From a virus, in the IMG/VR virus record IMGVR_UViG_3300038701_001470, positions 1,970 through 65,969 of that record: DNA of 64,000 bases. One strand, given 5' to 3'. The notes below the pieces were generated by a model. The model was given only the letters and a program-made list of their open reading frames with translations, was not told where the DNA came from and did not search any database. Of this stretch, positions 35,205-43,909 are shown one piece after another; positions within the stretch are counted from its first letter, which is position 1; each line of letters starts with the position of its first letter. A program made the translations under genes and the position numbers.

Positions 35205-35737
35205 TGGATAGCGGAAGTGGAGACGAACCAAGCGCACCAAGCGGAAGCGGTGACTTTAGCGATCCGTCGTTCCCATCCTATCCGAGTGAGCCATCGTTCC
35301 CGTCTTACCCATCGGAGCCTCCAAGCGATCCTCCAAGCGATCCGCCGAGTGATCCGCCGAGTGACCCGCCTTCCGATCCAAGCGGAAGCGGGGGTTCTGG
35401 CGGTTCCGATTCAGGGGGGAGCGGAGGTTCTGATTCCGGTGGAAGTGGCGGCTCAGACTCGGGCGGTTCAGGAGGATCGGACTCAGGAGGTTCATCCGGG
35501 GGTGGGAGTTCTGGCGGTTCATCAGGAGGCGGTTCGTCAGATGGAAGTTCGGGCGGATCCGGATCATCGGCCAATGACTCCAGTGCAGATTCGAGCGGTG
35601 GTTCCAGTTCAGGATCATCGGCAAACAGTTCTGATTCAAGCCCGTCCGGTTCATCGTCATCAGGTTCATCGAACAACAGTTCGAGTAGCGGAAGTTCTAA
35701 ATCGTACTCGACCGTAGGTGAATCGATGGCAACATGA
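35204..35737 (+). CDS. wholly low-complexity Ser/Gly/Asp/Pro protein
   Basis: TAATG coupling; PSDP and GGSDSGGS repeats with varied synonymous codons. Confidence 0.65.
   Translation: MDSGSGDEPSAPSGSGDFSDPSFPSYPSEPSFPSYPSEPPSDPPSDPPSDPPSDPPSDPSGSGGSGGSDSGGSGGSDSGGSGGSDSGGSGGSDSGGSSGGGSSGGSSGGGSSDGSSGGSGSSANDSSADSSGGSSSGSSANSSDSSPSGSSSSGSSNNSSSSGSSKSYSTVGESMAT
35320..35500 (+). repeat. coding tandem repeats (12-nt PSDP units; 21-nt GGSDSGG-type units)
   Basis: ccaagcgatcct/ccaagcgatccg/ccgagtgatccg/ccgagtgacccg/ccttccgatcca followed by Gly/Ser repeats; end points approximate. Confidence 0.7.
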
Positions 35738-35741
35738 GTCG

Positions 35742-36608
35742 ATGGCTGATAAAATCGACTGCGTTTGGATGCTCGGAAAGGATTCCGACTTTGATAATTG
35801 GGAGGTCAGATATTCCCTTCGATCTTGTCTCAAGAACTTCCGCGACATGGGGACTCCATGGATCATCGGAGTGATACCGGACTGGATTGATCGTAACGAG
35901 GTGCGGTGCATCGACTTCCCTGATCCCTACACTTCCTGCAAAGATGCGAACCTGATCGGGAAGCTCTTGCGGCTCACGTTCGAGGAAGATCTATCAGAGC
36001 GGTTCATCTACTTCTCCGACGATCAATTCGTTCTCAGGGATTGCGGCCGGGATGACTTCAAGCCCTACCATTGCGGGGATCTATCGAAGGACAAATTTCA
36101 GGACGCTACCGGTTGGAGAATGCGTCTCTACCAGACCTATCTCTACCTTGAGAAGCACGGGAAAACTACATGGTCAATGGACGGCCACGTTCCCTATCCG
36201 GTGAACAAGTCAGTGGCTCGAAAGCTTCTCGAAACGAACTTCGGAGCGGGGAAAGGCTACACAATCTTCACTCTCTACTACAACTGGTGTCACTTCCCGG
36301 AACTCGGAGTCGAACCAGTCGCGATCAACTCAGATCGAATCCGCGGGACACTTCACGGCGAGGACGTTCCCCGCGAAACCGTTCTCGACAAGATGGGGAA
36401 GAACCTGTTTTGCAACTTCAACAATGCCTCGCTTCGGAACTTCCACATTACCTCCTACATGGAGAGCACGTTCTCTGAGGTGTCTCCCTACGAAAAGGAT
36501 GGGGGCGGTGAAATCCTCACTGACATGAGCAAAGTGGATTCGAGAATCGAACAGCTCAGAAGAGAACTGACGATCATGGAGCAAGCGAAGAAGATTGGCA
36601 ATGATTGA
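35742..36608 (+). CDS. Stealth-family-like hexose-1-phosphate transferase
   Basis: IDCVW, EVRYSLRS and FIYFSDDQF resemble Stealth CR1/CR2; start moved to ATG 35742. Confidence 0.6.
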   Translation: MADKIDCVWMLGKDSDFDNWEVRYSLRSCLKNFRDMGTPWIIGVIPDWIDRNEVRCIDFPDPYTSCKDANLIGKLLRLTFEEDLSERFIYFSDDQFVLRDCGRDDFKPYHCGDLSKDKFQDATGWRMRLYQTYLYLEKHGKTTWSMDGHVPYPVNKSVARKLLETNFGAGKGYTIFTLYYNWCHFPELGVEPVAINSDRIRGTLHGEDVPRETVLDKMGKNLFCNFNNASLRNFHITSYMESTFSEVSPYEKDGGGEILTDMSKVDSRIEQLRRELTIMEQAKKIGND

Positions 36609-37335
36609 ACTCGGGTATCAAGTCCACGCGGTAGCTCGCTCAGCTCACCACAGCTTCATTGCATGGCTGGCCTCGGGCTGCAGGATGAGGCCGGTTTACT
36701 ACCGGAACAATGTCGACCCATCGAAGAACCCTGACGAGTGGGATACTCGCTCGAGGATCGAAGGGCTGCAGCGAATGGCTGAGTTCAAGGATGCGAAAAC
36801 CGTGATCGAAAGCGGGGAGGTTTGGAGACTCGACGCCCCCAGGTTCATCGAAGTGAAGCGTAGCAGGGTTGTCATCTTCATGCGCGATCCGTTCAACAAT
36901 CTCGCGAGCTACGTGAAAGGCTTTCGGAAAGAAGGATCTCCAAGACTCAGGCCGGAGCCGACGTTCGCACGGGAGCGATGGATCTACCTCGCGAAAGAGT
37001 CTCTTCGTCATACTGAGCAGCTGGACAACGTGACTCTCGTTCTCTTCCACAAGTGGCGATACGATCCGGTCTACCGTCACTACGTCGCGACTCAGCTTGG
37101 CATCACTCCGAACGAAAGGCTGGTTGAGCATGTCGTCTCAGCGATCGGGGGAGGCTCTTCGTTCGACGGCCTGCAGTATCGCGGGAAGTCAGGAGAGATG
37201 GCGGTGCAGGAGCGATACAAGATCATGAGTGACGACGATGAGTTCCGGAGCCTGATCGACGACGAGGTGATAGATCTTTCCCGCGAACTGTTCCCTGACA
37301 TAACAGAAGAAGCAGTATCCTTCCTTGGCCTATGA
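36601..37335 (+). CDS. sulfotransferase-like P-loop protein
   Basis: ARSAHH (PSB-like), FMRDPFNNLASY (3'-PB), GGGSSFDG. Confidence 0.55.
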   Translation: MIELGYQVHAVARSAHHSFIAWLASGCRMRPVYYRNNVDPSKNPDEWDTRSRIEGLQRMAEFKDAKTVIESGEVWRLDAPRFIEVKRSRVVIFMRDPFNNLASYVKGFRKEGSPRLRPEPTFARERWIYLAKESLRHTEQLDNVTLVLFHKWRYDPVYRHYVATQLGITPNERLVEHVVSAIGGGSSFDGLQYRGKSGEMAVQERYKIMSDDDEFRSLIDDEVIDLSRELFPDITEEAVSFLGL

Positions 37336-38114
37336 GCAAAAACGCAATCATCGCCTTCGCTATCGGGAACCATTGCCGCGTGAACATGAAACGCGCTCAG
37401 CTTTGGTTCGAGTCCCTTCGCACGCTCGGAGAGTTCGATGGAGATTTGATCTTCCTTCACGGGAAGATGCTTCAAGGAACCACGTTCCCGGATGAACTCA
37501 ACGTGACGACACATCAGATCGGAGGATGGCGACCGTTCAAGAAAGCCCGGGCGAATATTTTCAAACTGGTCATCAACAAGCATATCGATCTCTCTGGATA
37601 TGATCTTGTTCTCGGGATGGACTGCGACCTTTGCGCGATGGGGCCCGTCTCTGTCCTCTTCGATGAGTTCACCGGTGGAGTTCAGGCGATGCAGGTCGAA
37701 AGGCCCTTCTCGAAATGGTTCGATGAGTCCGACCACTCCAGCTTCAAAGGAAGGGCCGGTTTCAATTCGGGTGTGATCCTCACGGAAGGCTCTCAGTTCG
37801 CCTCTCTCTGCGAGCAATGGCTCTCGGTTCACATGGAGAGGGAGAAGACGCTGCGACGGTTCAGCAGCTACGCAGATCAACACAGCTTCAATCTCATGGC
37901 CCTTCGTGGAGTCGTAGAGGTGAATCCCTTTGAGGAATACCGCGTGATGACTGCGAACCCCGTGGCCGGCTACGACCTAAAGGACAATTCAGTCTACCCG
38001 AAGACTCGAATCATCCACTACACAGGGAAGAAGCCGGGAGAGAAAGTCGCACCGATCTACTGGCACTATTATTCTCGTCTTGGGATCCCGTTGGGAGCGC
38101 CGGAGATTCCTTAG
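37332..38114 (+). CDS. glycosyltransferase (GT8-like)
   Basis: GMDCD (DxD), FNSGVIL, ADQHSFN, IIHYTGKKP. Confidence 0.8.
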   Translation: MSKNAIIAFAIGNHCRVNMKRAQLWFESLRTLGEFDGDLIFLHGKMLQGTTFPDELNVTTHQIGGWRPFKKARANIFKLVINKHIDLSGYDLVLGMDCDLCAMGPVSVLFDEFTGGVQAMQVERPFSKWFDESDHSSFKGRAGFNSGVILTEGSQFASLCEQWLSVHMEREKTLRRFSSYADQHSFNLMALRGVVEVNPFEEYRVMTANPVAGYDLKDNSVYPKTRIIHYTGKKPGEKVAPIYWHYYSRLGIPLGAPEIP

Positions 38115-38677
38115 CCCTTGAGAGTGGCCTCGATCATTTCCCAATTCTCTTTCTCGACTCCCTTGTTCTTGAGAACGCACTGGTAGGGAATCGATTTTTC
38201 ACGAAAGACGAGGCAGGTCTTGTCCTGATGCCTCTGATCGAATCCGATCTTTGTGACAACGTGATCAGCGGCGAGGTCGAAAGTGTGAACGTCTCCCCTT
38301 TGGTGGGTGTGATCATCGCCTACCCCTTGGATCTCTTCACCGGTGAAAGTCATCTCGACATTCGGGTGGATGATGCGCGGAGGTTTACCGGCGAGGCAGT
38401 CAGTCTCCAGTGCCTCATGGCTGGCCTCGTGTTCTACTACCTCGTAATCATAGAACAAGTTCCGGATCGCTCCCTTCAACGTCACGCTATCGAATTCGCT
38501 GCGATGATTGTGAAGTGATCTCGCGACGGCCGGAATGTCCTTCGAGTAGAAGTGGTACTTGTGTTTGATACCGCGTCGATCTTTCCCCATGATCAAGATG
38601 ATCATTCCGAAGCCGTGATAGTACGGTGCCTTTTTGCATTTCCTTCGCAGTTCATCTATCGTCGGGAGTTCGATCAT
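38111..38677 (-). CDS. cupin-fold-like hypothetical protein
   Basis: SLHNHRSEFDS (HxH) and DVHTF motifs; opposite strand within late region. Confidence 0.45.
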   Translation of the reverse strand: MIELPTIDELRRKCKKAPYYHGFGMIILIMGKDRRGIKHKYHFYSKDIPAVARSLHNHRSEFDSVTLKGAIRNLFYDYEVVEHEASHEALETDCLAGKPPRIIHPNVEMTFTGEEIQGVGDDHTHQRGDVHTFDLAADHVVTKIGFDQRHQDKTCLVFREKSIPYQCVLKNKGVEKENWEMIEATLKG

Positions 38678-38701
38678 GGTTTCGGATTTTACCCCCTCAG
38701 A

Positions 38702-39619
38702 ATGAAGAAAGCAACGGTCATAGGCGCTGGAATATTTGGAAGCGTTCTTTCAATGCGCCTATCGGACAACGGTTATCGGGTAGACCTTCTTGAGAAAGGT
38801 AGCGAGGCCATGCTCGGAGCGAGTGAGAAGAATCATTGCCGGTACCACTACGGATTCCACTATCCTCGATGCCCGGAGACCGTAGCTCAAATCAAGTGGG
38901 CCGGGAATCATCTCACGCAATACCTGGGGCTGTTCCTCGACTATTTGCCCCACTACTACGGAATTGCCGATTCAGGATCGAAAATATCCTACCAAGATTT
39001 TTCTAAATTCGCTGAAACAGTCGGTCATTTCATGCCTTGCTCGAATGAAGCGATCAAAAGCGTAGAGGGGGGAGGTCTCGCAGACGAACCAGTCTGGAAT
39101 CTCTCGGAGCTTAGGCAGGCGGTGACAAGGCGGCTTCAATCCGATCCAAACATCAACGTGTTCCTAGATCATGAAGTGAAAGACGAAATTCCGAAGGGGA
39201 TTGTCTTCGACTGCACCTACCGCGGGGATGGCGTTCCCGATGTAAAAAAACAGGAGTGCTTCATGCTTGAGTACGAGGGGTTGCCTCTCAATGGCAGTGC
39301 GACAATCATGGATGGCCCTTTTTGCTCGCTGATGTCGTCAGGGAAGAACCGTCATCGTCTCTGGCATGTCACGGAATCAGTTCAGGGAACGCCGGGGTCT
39401 ATGGTGGATGAGTCCCTTCGATTCTTTCCGTTCCTCAAAAGAAGCAGTCGTTCAAAGTTCAAACTGGTTCGCACGATACCAGTCCAGAAGGTTTTCGTTC
39501 CGACCGGGGGCGATGGGAAGCCGACGAGAATTGTTGAGCTCGAGGATCGTATTGCCATCATCGGAGGAAAGATGCAGACTGCACTGATGTTCGCCGACAA
39601 AGCGATCGCCATGCTATGA
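38702..39619 (+). CDS. FAD-dependent oxidoreductase (DAO-like)
   Basis: VIGAGIFG dinucleotide fold, LEK, GAS..NH.RYHYGFHYPR; start moved to ATG 38702. Confidence 0.85.
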   Translation: MKKATVIGAGIFGSVLSMRLSDNGYRVDLLEKGSEAMLGASEKNHCRYHYGFHYPRCPETVAQIKWAGNHLTQYLGLFLDYLPHYYGIADSGSKISYQDFSKFAETVGHFMPCSNEAIKSVEGGGLADEPVWNLSELRQAVTRRLQSDPNINVFLDHEVKDEIPKGIVFDCTYRGDGVPDVKKQECFMLEYEGLPLNGSATIMDGPFCSLMSSGKNRHRLWHVTESVQGTPGSMVDESLRFFPFLKRSSRSKFKLVRTIPVQKVFVPTGGDGKPTRIVELEDRIAIIGGKMQTALMFADKAIAML

Positions 39620-40248
39620 CCCAGCTGGAATTCTACGCTGAAAAATACTCCCCGGAATCAGGACTCCACATCTCGGGGTCTACACTTCTCAAACTGAGAG
39701 GGCTTCCCCGAAAAGTCTCCGACATTGATTTGTCAGTGAAGCACTGCCACTTCGATGAAGCGGTGGACTTCCTGACTGAGAACTTCTATCCCGATTCAGT
39801 AGAGCAACACGTTCGAGCGAAGCGGTTCATCATCCGGAGCCATGCGCCGAAAGGGAAACAGTTCAAGTTCGATGTCGTCGCTGACATTGGAAGGATGAAG
39901 GATCGATACCCGGAGGGCGGGCTGACAACGATCGATGTCCACGGAAAGGAAGTGAGTGCGTTCTCAATCGAGTACGCCATTGCCTACAAGTTTCACTGGC
40001 TCGTGACTCAGGTGAACGGCATCCGTCCGAAGCATATCTTCGACATTCAGTGGTCAATCACTCATCTTGAGTTTGATCGTGATCTTTTCCGGGCAATGAT
40101 GAAGGATCAGTACGGTGACTTTGACCAGGACAAAGCGAGACGTAGGATCGAACCTCTCTGGAAGAACTACAAGCAGTGCGTCAATCACTTCAACGTAAAA
40201 TCCCCACCCTACCCAAAGGCTCTCGAAATTTGCTTCTCTCTGCTATGA
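39616..40248 (+). CDS. AbiEii-family nucleotidyltransferase-like protein
   Basis: SGSTLL...RKVSDID, YAIAYK, RPKHIFDI. Confidence 0.65.
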   Translation: MTQLEFYAEKYSPESGLHISGSTLLKLRGLPRKVSDIDLSVKHCHFDEAVDFLTENFYPDSVEQHVRAKRFIIRSHAPKGKQFKFDVVADIGRMKDRYPEGGLTTIDVHGKEVSAFSIEYAIAYKFHWLVTQVNGIRPKHIFDIQWSITHLEFDRDLFRAMMKDQYGDFDQDKARRRIEPLWKNYKQCVNHFNVKSPPYPKALEICFSLL

Positions 40249-40853
40249 CAATCGTTTTCGGCTCAACCGGCTCAATCGGATCTCACTTCTGCGAACACAC
40301 GATTCACAAGCCCATCATCTTCCGTCCGACCAAGGAAGAATTCGACATGGCGAATCCGAACTACGCAGTTCCCAATGAGGGAGTGAAGAACGTCGTCTTT
40401 GCTCAGGGATTGAACCCTGAAATCATAGCGAATCAGAATGCCAGTAGAGCACGTGAGATGATGGCCCTGAATGTCCTCGGGCCACTCGAAGTGATCGAGG
40501 CGCTTCACAACTACGGGAACACTGAGATGTCTTTCGTCTTCATCGGATCAATCTCCGCTCGTAAGGGAAGCGTTGATCCTTCCTACGCTGCAGCCAAGTC
40601 CGCTCTCGACGGGATGATGGCCTCGTTGGTGAAGTCCTATCCGGACAGTCGATTCAACACGCTCTCTCTCGGACTCGTTTCCGGATCCCGGATAGCCAAA
40701 GCAATGGGAGGGAAGGGAAGGCGGCGACACGCTCTCAATATGGGAGGCCGTCTCGTTCAGAAGGCCGATGTGACGTCGGCGATCGATTTCATTCTCTCGA
40801 ATGGCTCCATGAACAACTCGAATCTGTCCCTCGATCGGGGATTCAGATTATAG
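40245..40853 (+). CDS. short-chain dehydrogenase/reductase
   Basis: GSTGSIG, FIGSIS, YAAAK (YxxxK); start moved to ATG 40245. Confidence 0.85.
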   Translation: MTIVFGSTGSIGSHFCEHTIHKPIIFRPTKEEFDMANPNYAVPNEGVKNVVFAQGLNPEIIANQNASRAREMMALNVLGPLEVIEALHNYGNTEMSFVFIGSISARKGSVDPSYAAAKSALDGMMASLVKSYPDSRFNTLSLGLVSGSRIAKAMGGKGRRRHALNMGGRLVQKADVTSAIDFILSNGSMNNSNLSLDRGFRL

Positions 40854-41681
40854 GTTGTCGATATTGTGAGCGCCCTTGTGCCCTCGCTTCCGGGAACGTC
40901 CGTTCGCTCTTCGACGCTTCACTTCGGGTGGAGTGAAGCCGTGGGGAACCTCGTAGATTGAGGGATTGGGAAAGCGTTCTCGCAGGGCCTCGATGACGTT
41001 CGGATCGGTTGAGGATACCGGATCGATGGCAGTGAACATGCAGTGATCAAAAACCTTCTTGATGTCAGATCGACGATAATCCTCCAGCCAAATCGGTTTG
41101 AAAACGTGATTTCGGATTTTTTTCACAGGGGTTTCCGCGACGTTGTGATACAGCTCCACGTTGATAAAATTCCTGTCCCATGCCGCGGCGAGAAGTTCAG
41201 CGGCTTTCCCGTAGTTGATCAGGTGCGGAATATGGCCCTCGATTCGATGATGGGTGTGCCCGTTCTCTCGGAGCCAAGTCATCGTCCGGTTGAGATTGTT
41301 TCTCCACTTGCTTCGAGCGCGTACCATTCTCCCAGGCAATGTGTAGGGGCCGAAATCATCGACGGACTCGATGGACGAAAGAGCGAATTGATCATCGTTC
41401 CACCACACGAAATGCTTGTCAGTGGGGGTTCCTCTTCCGACTTCGATTGCGGCGGCCGCGGCGAGCTTCAAAGTGATGTTGCTCTCTCGCTTCCTCTTGA
41501 ACGGATCCGGAAAGGGAATGTGATGAACCTTGTCACTGACGCATCCCGGTTTCCTTCCGATGATGATGATTCGATCGAGTAGGGCTGGATCTACGTTCTC
41601 TGCGATGGATCGAAGGGCGATTCTCAGCTCCCAATCGTTCAATTCAGAACTCGGGCCGATGGGAAAGATGATGTCTATCAT
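40848..41681 (-). CDS. second Stealth-family-like protein
   Basis: IDIIF, ELRIALRS, FVWWNDDQF, EGHIP; paralogous by eye to 35742..36608. Confidence 0.6.
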   Translation of the reverse strand: MIDIIFPIGPSSELNDWELRIALRSIAENVDPALLDRIIIIGRKPGCVSDKVHHIPFPDPFKRKRESNITLKLAAAAAIEVGRGTPTDKHFVWWNDDQFALSSIESVDDFGPYTLPGRMVRARSKWRNNLNRTMTWLRENGHTHHRIEGHIPHLINYGKAAELLAAAWDRNFINVELYHNVAETPVKKIRNHVFKPIWLEDYRRSDIKKVFDHCMFTAIDPVSSTDPNVIEALRERFPNPSIYEVPHGFTPPEVKRRRANGRSRKRGHKGAHNIDNL

Positions 41682-42352
41682 GGGAGGTATCGGTAAATCG
41701 TTTCGATGCAGTCTGCGTAATCAGGGGATTCAGGAAAGCTGCCTCGCTGATCGTCGAAACCGAGAAGGAACTCTTTCCGGTCGATTCTCGGGTCATTCGG
41801 CTTCAACGGGGGAACGGCGAAATCGTCGCAATACTTCTCGATCGCTTCGATGAACCGTCGCTTCGATGGGATCTCTCTTTCGATGAACCACCAAAGATCG
41901 TAGATGTCTTTCCCGCGAAAGATCTCCCGGCCTTGGCTGAACCAAAGGAGCCAGATTATTTTGATCGCGAGTATTTCCTCGAGGCGAACACCCATCATCG
42001 AACACCCATTGAAAAACATCGGTTCCACGATCTCTTCTCGCCGGCGATCGAATGATTCGGTAGTCAGACAATCGAAGTGATAGCCATAGACCTCCAGCTT
42101 CCGGCAATGAACGATGTCACGCTCATTGGCTACCATCATCTTCTCTTTCGTGATTTCCGGCTCGTATCCGAATCGATTCTCCAGATAGAGCTCGAACTCT
42201 GAGAAGTCCTCAGTGGCGACCATGACGTCCAGATCGTGAGGCTTTCGTGGAAGGCCGTAGGCGTAGTGAAGGACTGCAGAACCAGCGGGGAAAACAAGTT
42301 GGGGCTTTACCGCTACGATCCGAATCCTCTCTGGAACTGAATCAAAGGTCAT
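41678..42352 (-). CDS. AbiEii-family nucleotidyltransferase
   Basis: AGSAVL...RKPHDLD, EEILAIK, RGKDIYDL; start probably ATG 42352 (track start 42394). Confidence 0.78.
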   Translation of the reverse strand: MTFDSVPERIRIVAVKPQLVFPAGSAVLHYAYGLPRKPHDLDVMVATEDFSEFELYLENRFGYEPEITKEKMMVANERDIVHCRKLEVYGYHFDCLTTESFDRRREEIVEPMFFNGCSMMGVRLEEILAIKIIWLLWFSQGREIFRGKDIYDLWWFIEREIPSKRRFIEAIEKYCDDFAVPPLKPNDPRIDRKEFLLGFDDQRGSFPESPDYADCIETIYRYLP

Positions 42353-42530
42353 CGGGTAAGAACCTTTCATACTTGAGTAGAAGACGCCAGGCAAGAGCTT
42401 TGCATCTCCCCCGGAGAGGCTTCTTTCTCCCGATCATGTTTCGGATCATTGCTTTCTCCATGTCGGTGAACTCTTCTCTCGGAGCATTCTCCCACAAGTA
42501 TCTCAGTTGCAGTTTAGGCCGTCCCTTCAT
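42342..42530 (-). CDS. small basic hypothetical protein
   Basis: 62 aa, overlaps start of the nucleotidyltransferase gene. Confidence 0.45.
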   Translation of the reverse strand: MKGRPKLQLRYLWENAPREEFTDMEKAMIRNMIGRKKPLRGRCKALAWRLLLKYERFLPDDL

Positions 42531-42553
42531 GTTGACACTTTTCCACGAAGTGT

Positions 42554-43030
42554 ATGCCGCGTCCTAATCATCTGAAACGAAAGCGGCGAAAGAAATCCAA
42601 ATTGAAACCCATGAAAAATCCATTCGCCAGTAAAACTGTTTGGGGTCTTGTGATCCTCGTAATCAGCAACATTCTCGTTCGCTTCGGTGTCGAGTCTCCA
42701 TCTGAACAACTCCATGAGAGCGTGAACTTTCTCAGTGCAAATTGGGAACTGATCTCGACGTTTCTCACCGCCGTAGGTGCATTCCTCGGTATCTGGGGCC
42801 GGAAAGACGCCAAGAAGCCTATCAGCCTCAACCCGTTCAAAGGGGCCGGAAAAGTGGTCGGAGTGTTCATCGCGACTCTCTGTTTCTTCTGCCTCTTCCT
42901 GTTCACGAGCTGTGCAACCTCGCCTTCCATCGGATTCAATGATGCCGGGGAACCTCAAGGCTGCGTTCAGCTGATCGGACTCGGGCCGGTAGACCTCACC
43001 GTTTGCGCCGACAGATCGAATCGCGATTAA
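42554..43030 (+). CDS. holin-like membrane protein
   Basis: Directly upstream of amidase; three hydrophobic segments; second possible start at 42611. Confidence 0.6.
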   Translation: MPRPNHLKRKRRKKSKLKPMKNPFASKTVWGLVILVISNILVRFGVESPSEQLHESVNFLSANWELISTFLTAVGAFLGIWGRKDAKKPISLNPFKGAGKVVGVFIATLCFFCLFLFTSCATSPSIGFNDAGEPQGCVQLIGLGPVDLTVCADRSNRD

Positions 43031-43102
43031 GCCGATTCCAATTCAATTCCCGTTGACGGCCCGCCTCTTTGTTGAGACGGGCCGTTTCCGTTTCTGCACA
43101 AA

Positions 43103-43909
43103 ATGAAAACGCTTCTCTGGACAATTCGCTGGTACCTCAATAACTGGACTGATGATTCACGACAGGCGCTTTTGCGTTTGGTGAATCGGGCTCTCGGAAT
43201 CGTTGAGCCGGTCGAAGTGGAAGGCATCACTGAGAAGGTCATGGATGCCGAAACCGGCGAAGTGACTCTTCGGGTAAGGCCGAATGCCCGGGAACTCTAC
43301 TATCCGGACGCTCGCACCGACTTCCCCAAGTCTCGAACTCGAGGCAGCTATCCAAAGGGCGGGCCAGAAGGTGCTCTTGTTCACTGGACTGCCGGCCGTC
43401 CGGAACAAACTCTCGATGCGGCCATGGCATACCAGGCCAAGCGTGGATTCACGTATTTCTGCATCGATGCTGATGGAAACGTGGGTCAGAACTTCCCCCT
43501 CAACCGCCATGGCTATCACGGCGGAAAGTCATATTGGCCGAAGTTCGGGAACTATGTCAGCAATCGAATTGTCGGCATCGAAGTTCTCAATCCCGGAGTC
43601 GTCGACAAGAGCAATGCGCCTTGGTTCGATGATGACCTTCACTATGACGAAAGCCTGATTCGTGTCGTCACGAAGAAGGTGGACAACATGGCTGCAGGCC
43701 GATACTACAAATACACTGAGGCTCAGGAGAAGTCTCTGGTTCGCCTTCTTCTTTGGCTCGATCGCAACTTCGCTGAGTTCGATCTCGATTATGTTCTCGG
43801 ACACGATGAGGTGTCTCCAGGTCGAAAGGTTGATCCGGGCGGATCGCTTTCAATGTCCATGCCTCGATTCCGTGAATTCCTCAAGAAGAAGAAGGCTCAG
43901 CTGAAATGA
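43103..43909 (+). CDS. endolysin, N-acetylmuramoyl-L-alanine amidase (Amidase_2)
   Basis: LVHWTAG, YHGG, IVGIEV, GHDEVSPGRKVDPG. Confidence 0.9.
   Translation: MKTLLWTIRWYLNNWTDDSRQALLRLVNRALGIVEPVEVEGITEKVMDAETGEVTLRVRPNARELYYPDARTDFPKSRTRGSYPKGGPEGALVHWTAGRPEQTLDAAMAYQAKRGFTYFCIDADGNVGQNFPLNRHGYHGGKSYWPKFGNYVSNRIVGIEVLNPGVVDKSNAPWFDDDLHYDESLIRVVTKKVDNMAAGRYYKYTEAQEKSLVRLLLWLDRNFAEFDLDYVLGHDEVSPGRKVDPGGSLSMSMPRFREFLKKKKAQLK

Noticed and set aside
34488-35700. Ser/Gly tracts as a CRISPR, VNTR or DGR variable region
   Set aside because: Repeats are in frame and codon-diversified; no spacers, template repeat or reverse transcriptase was seen.
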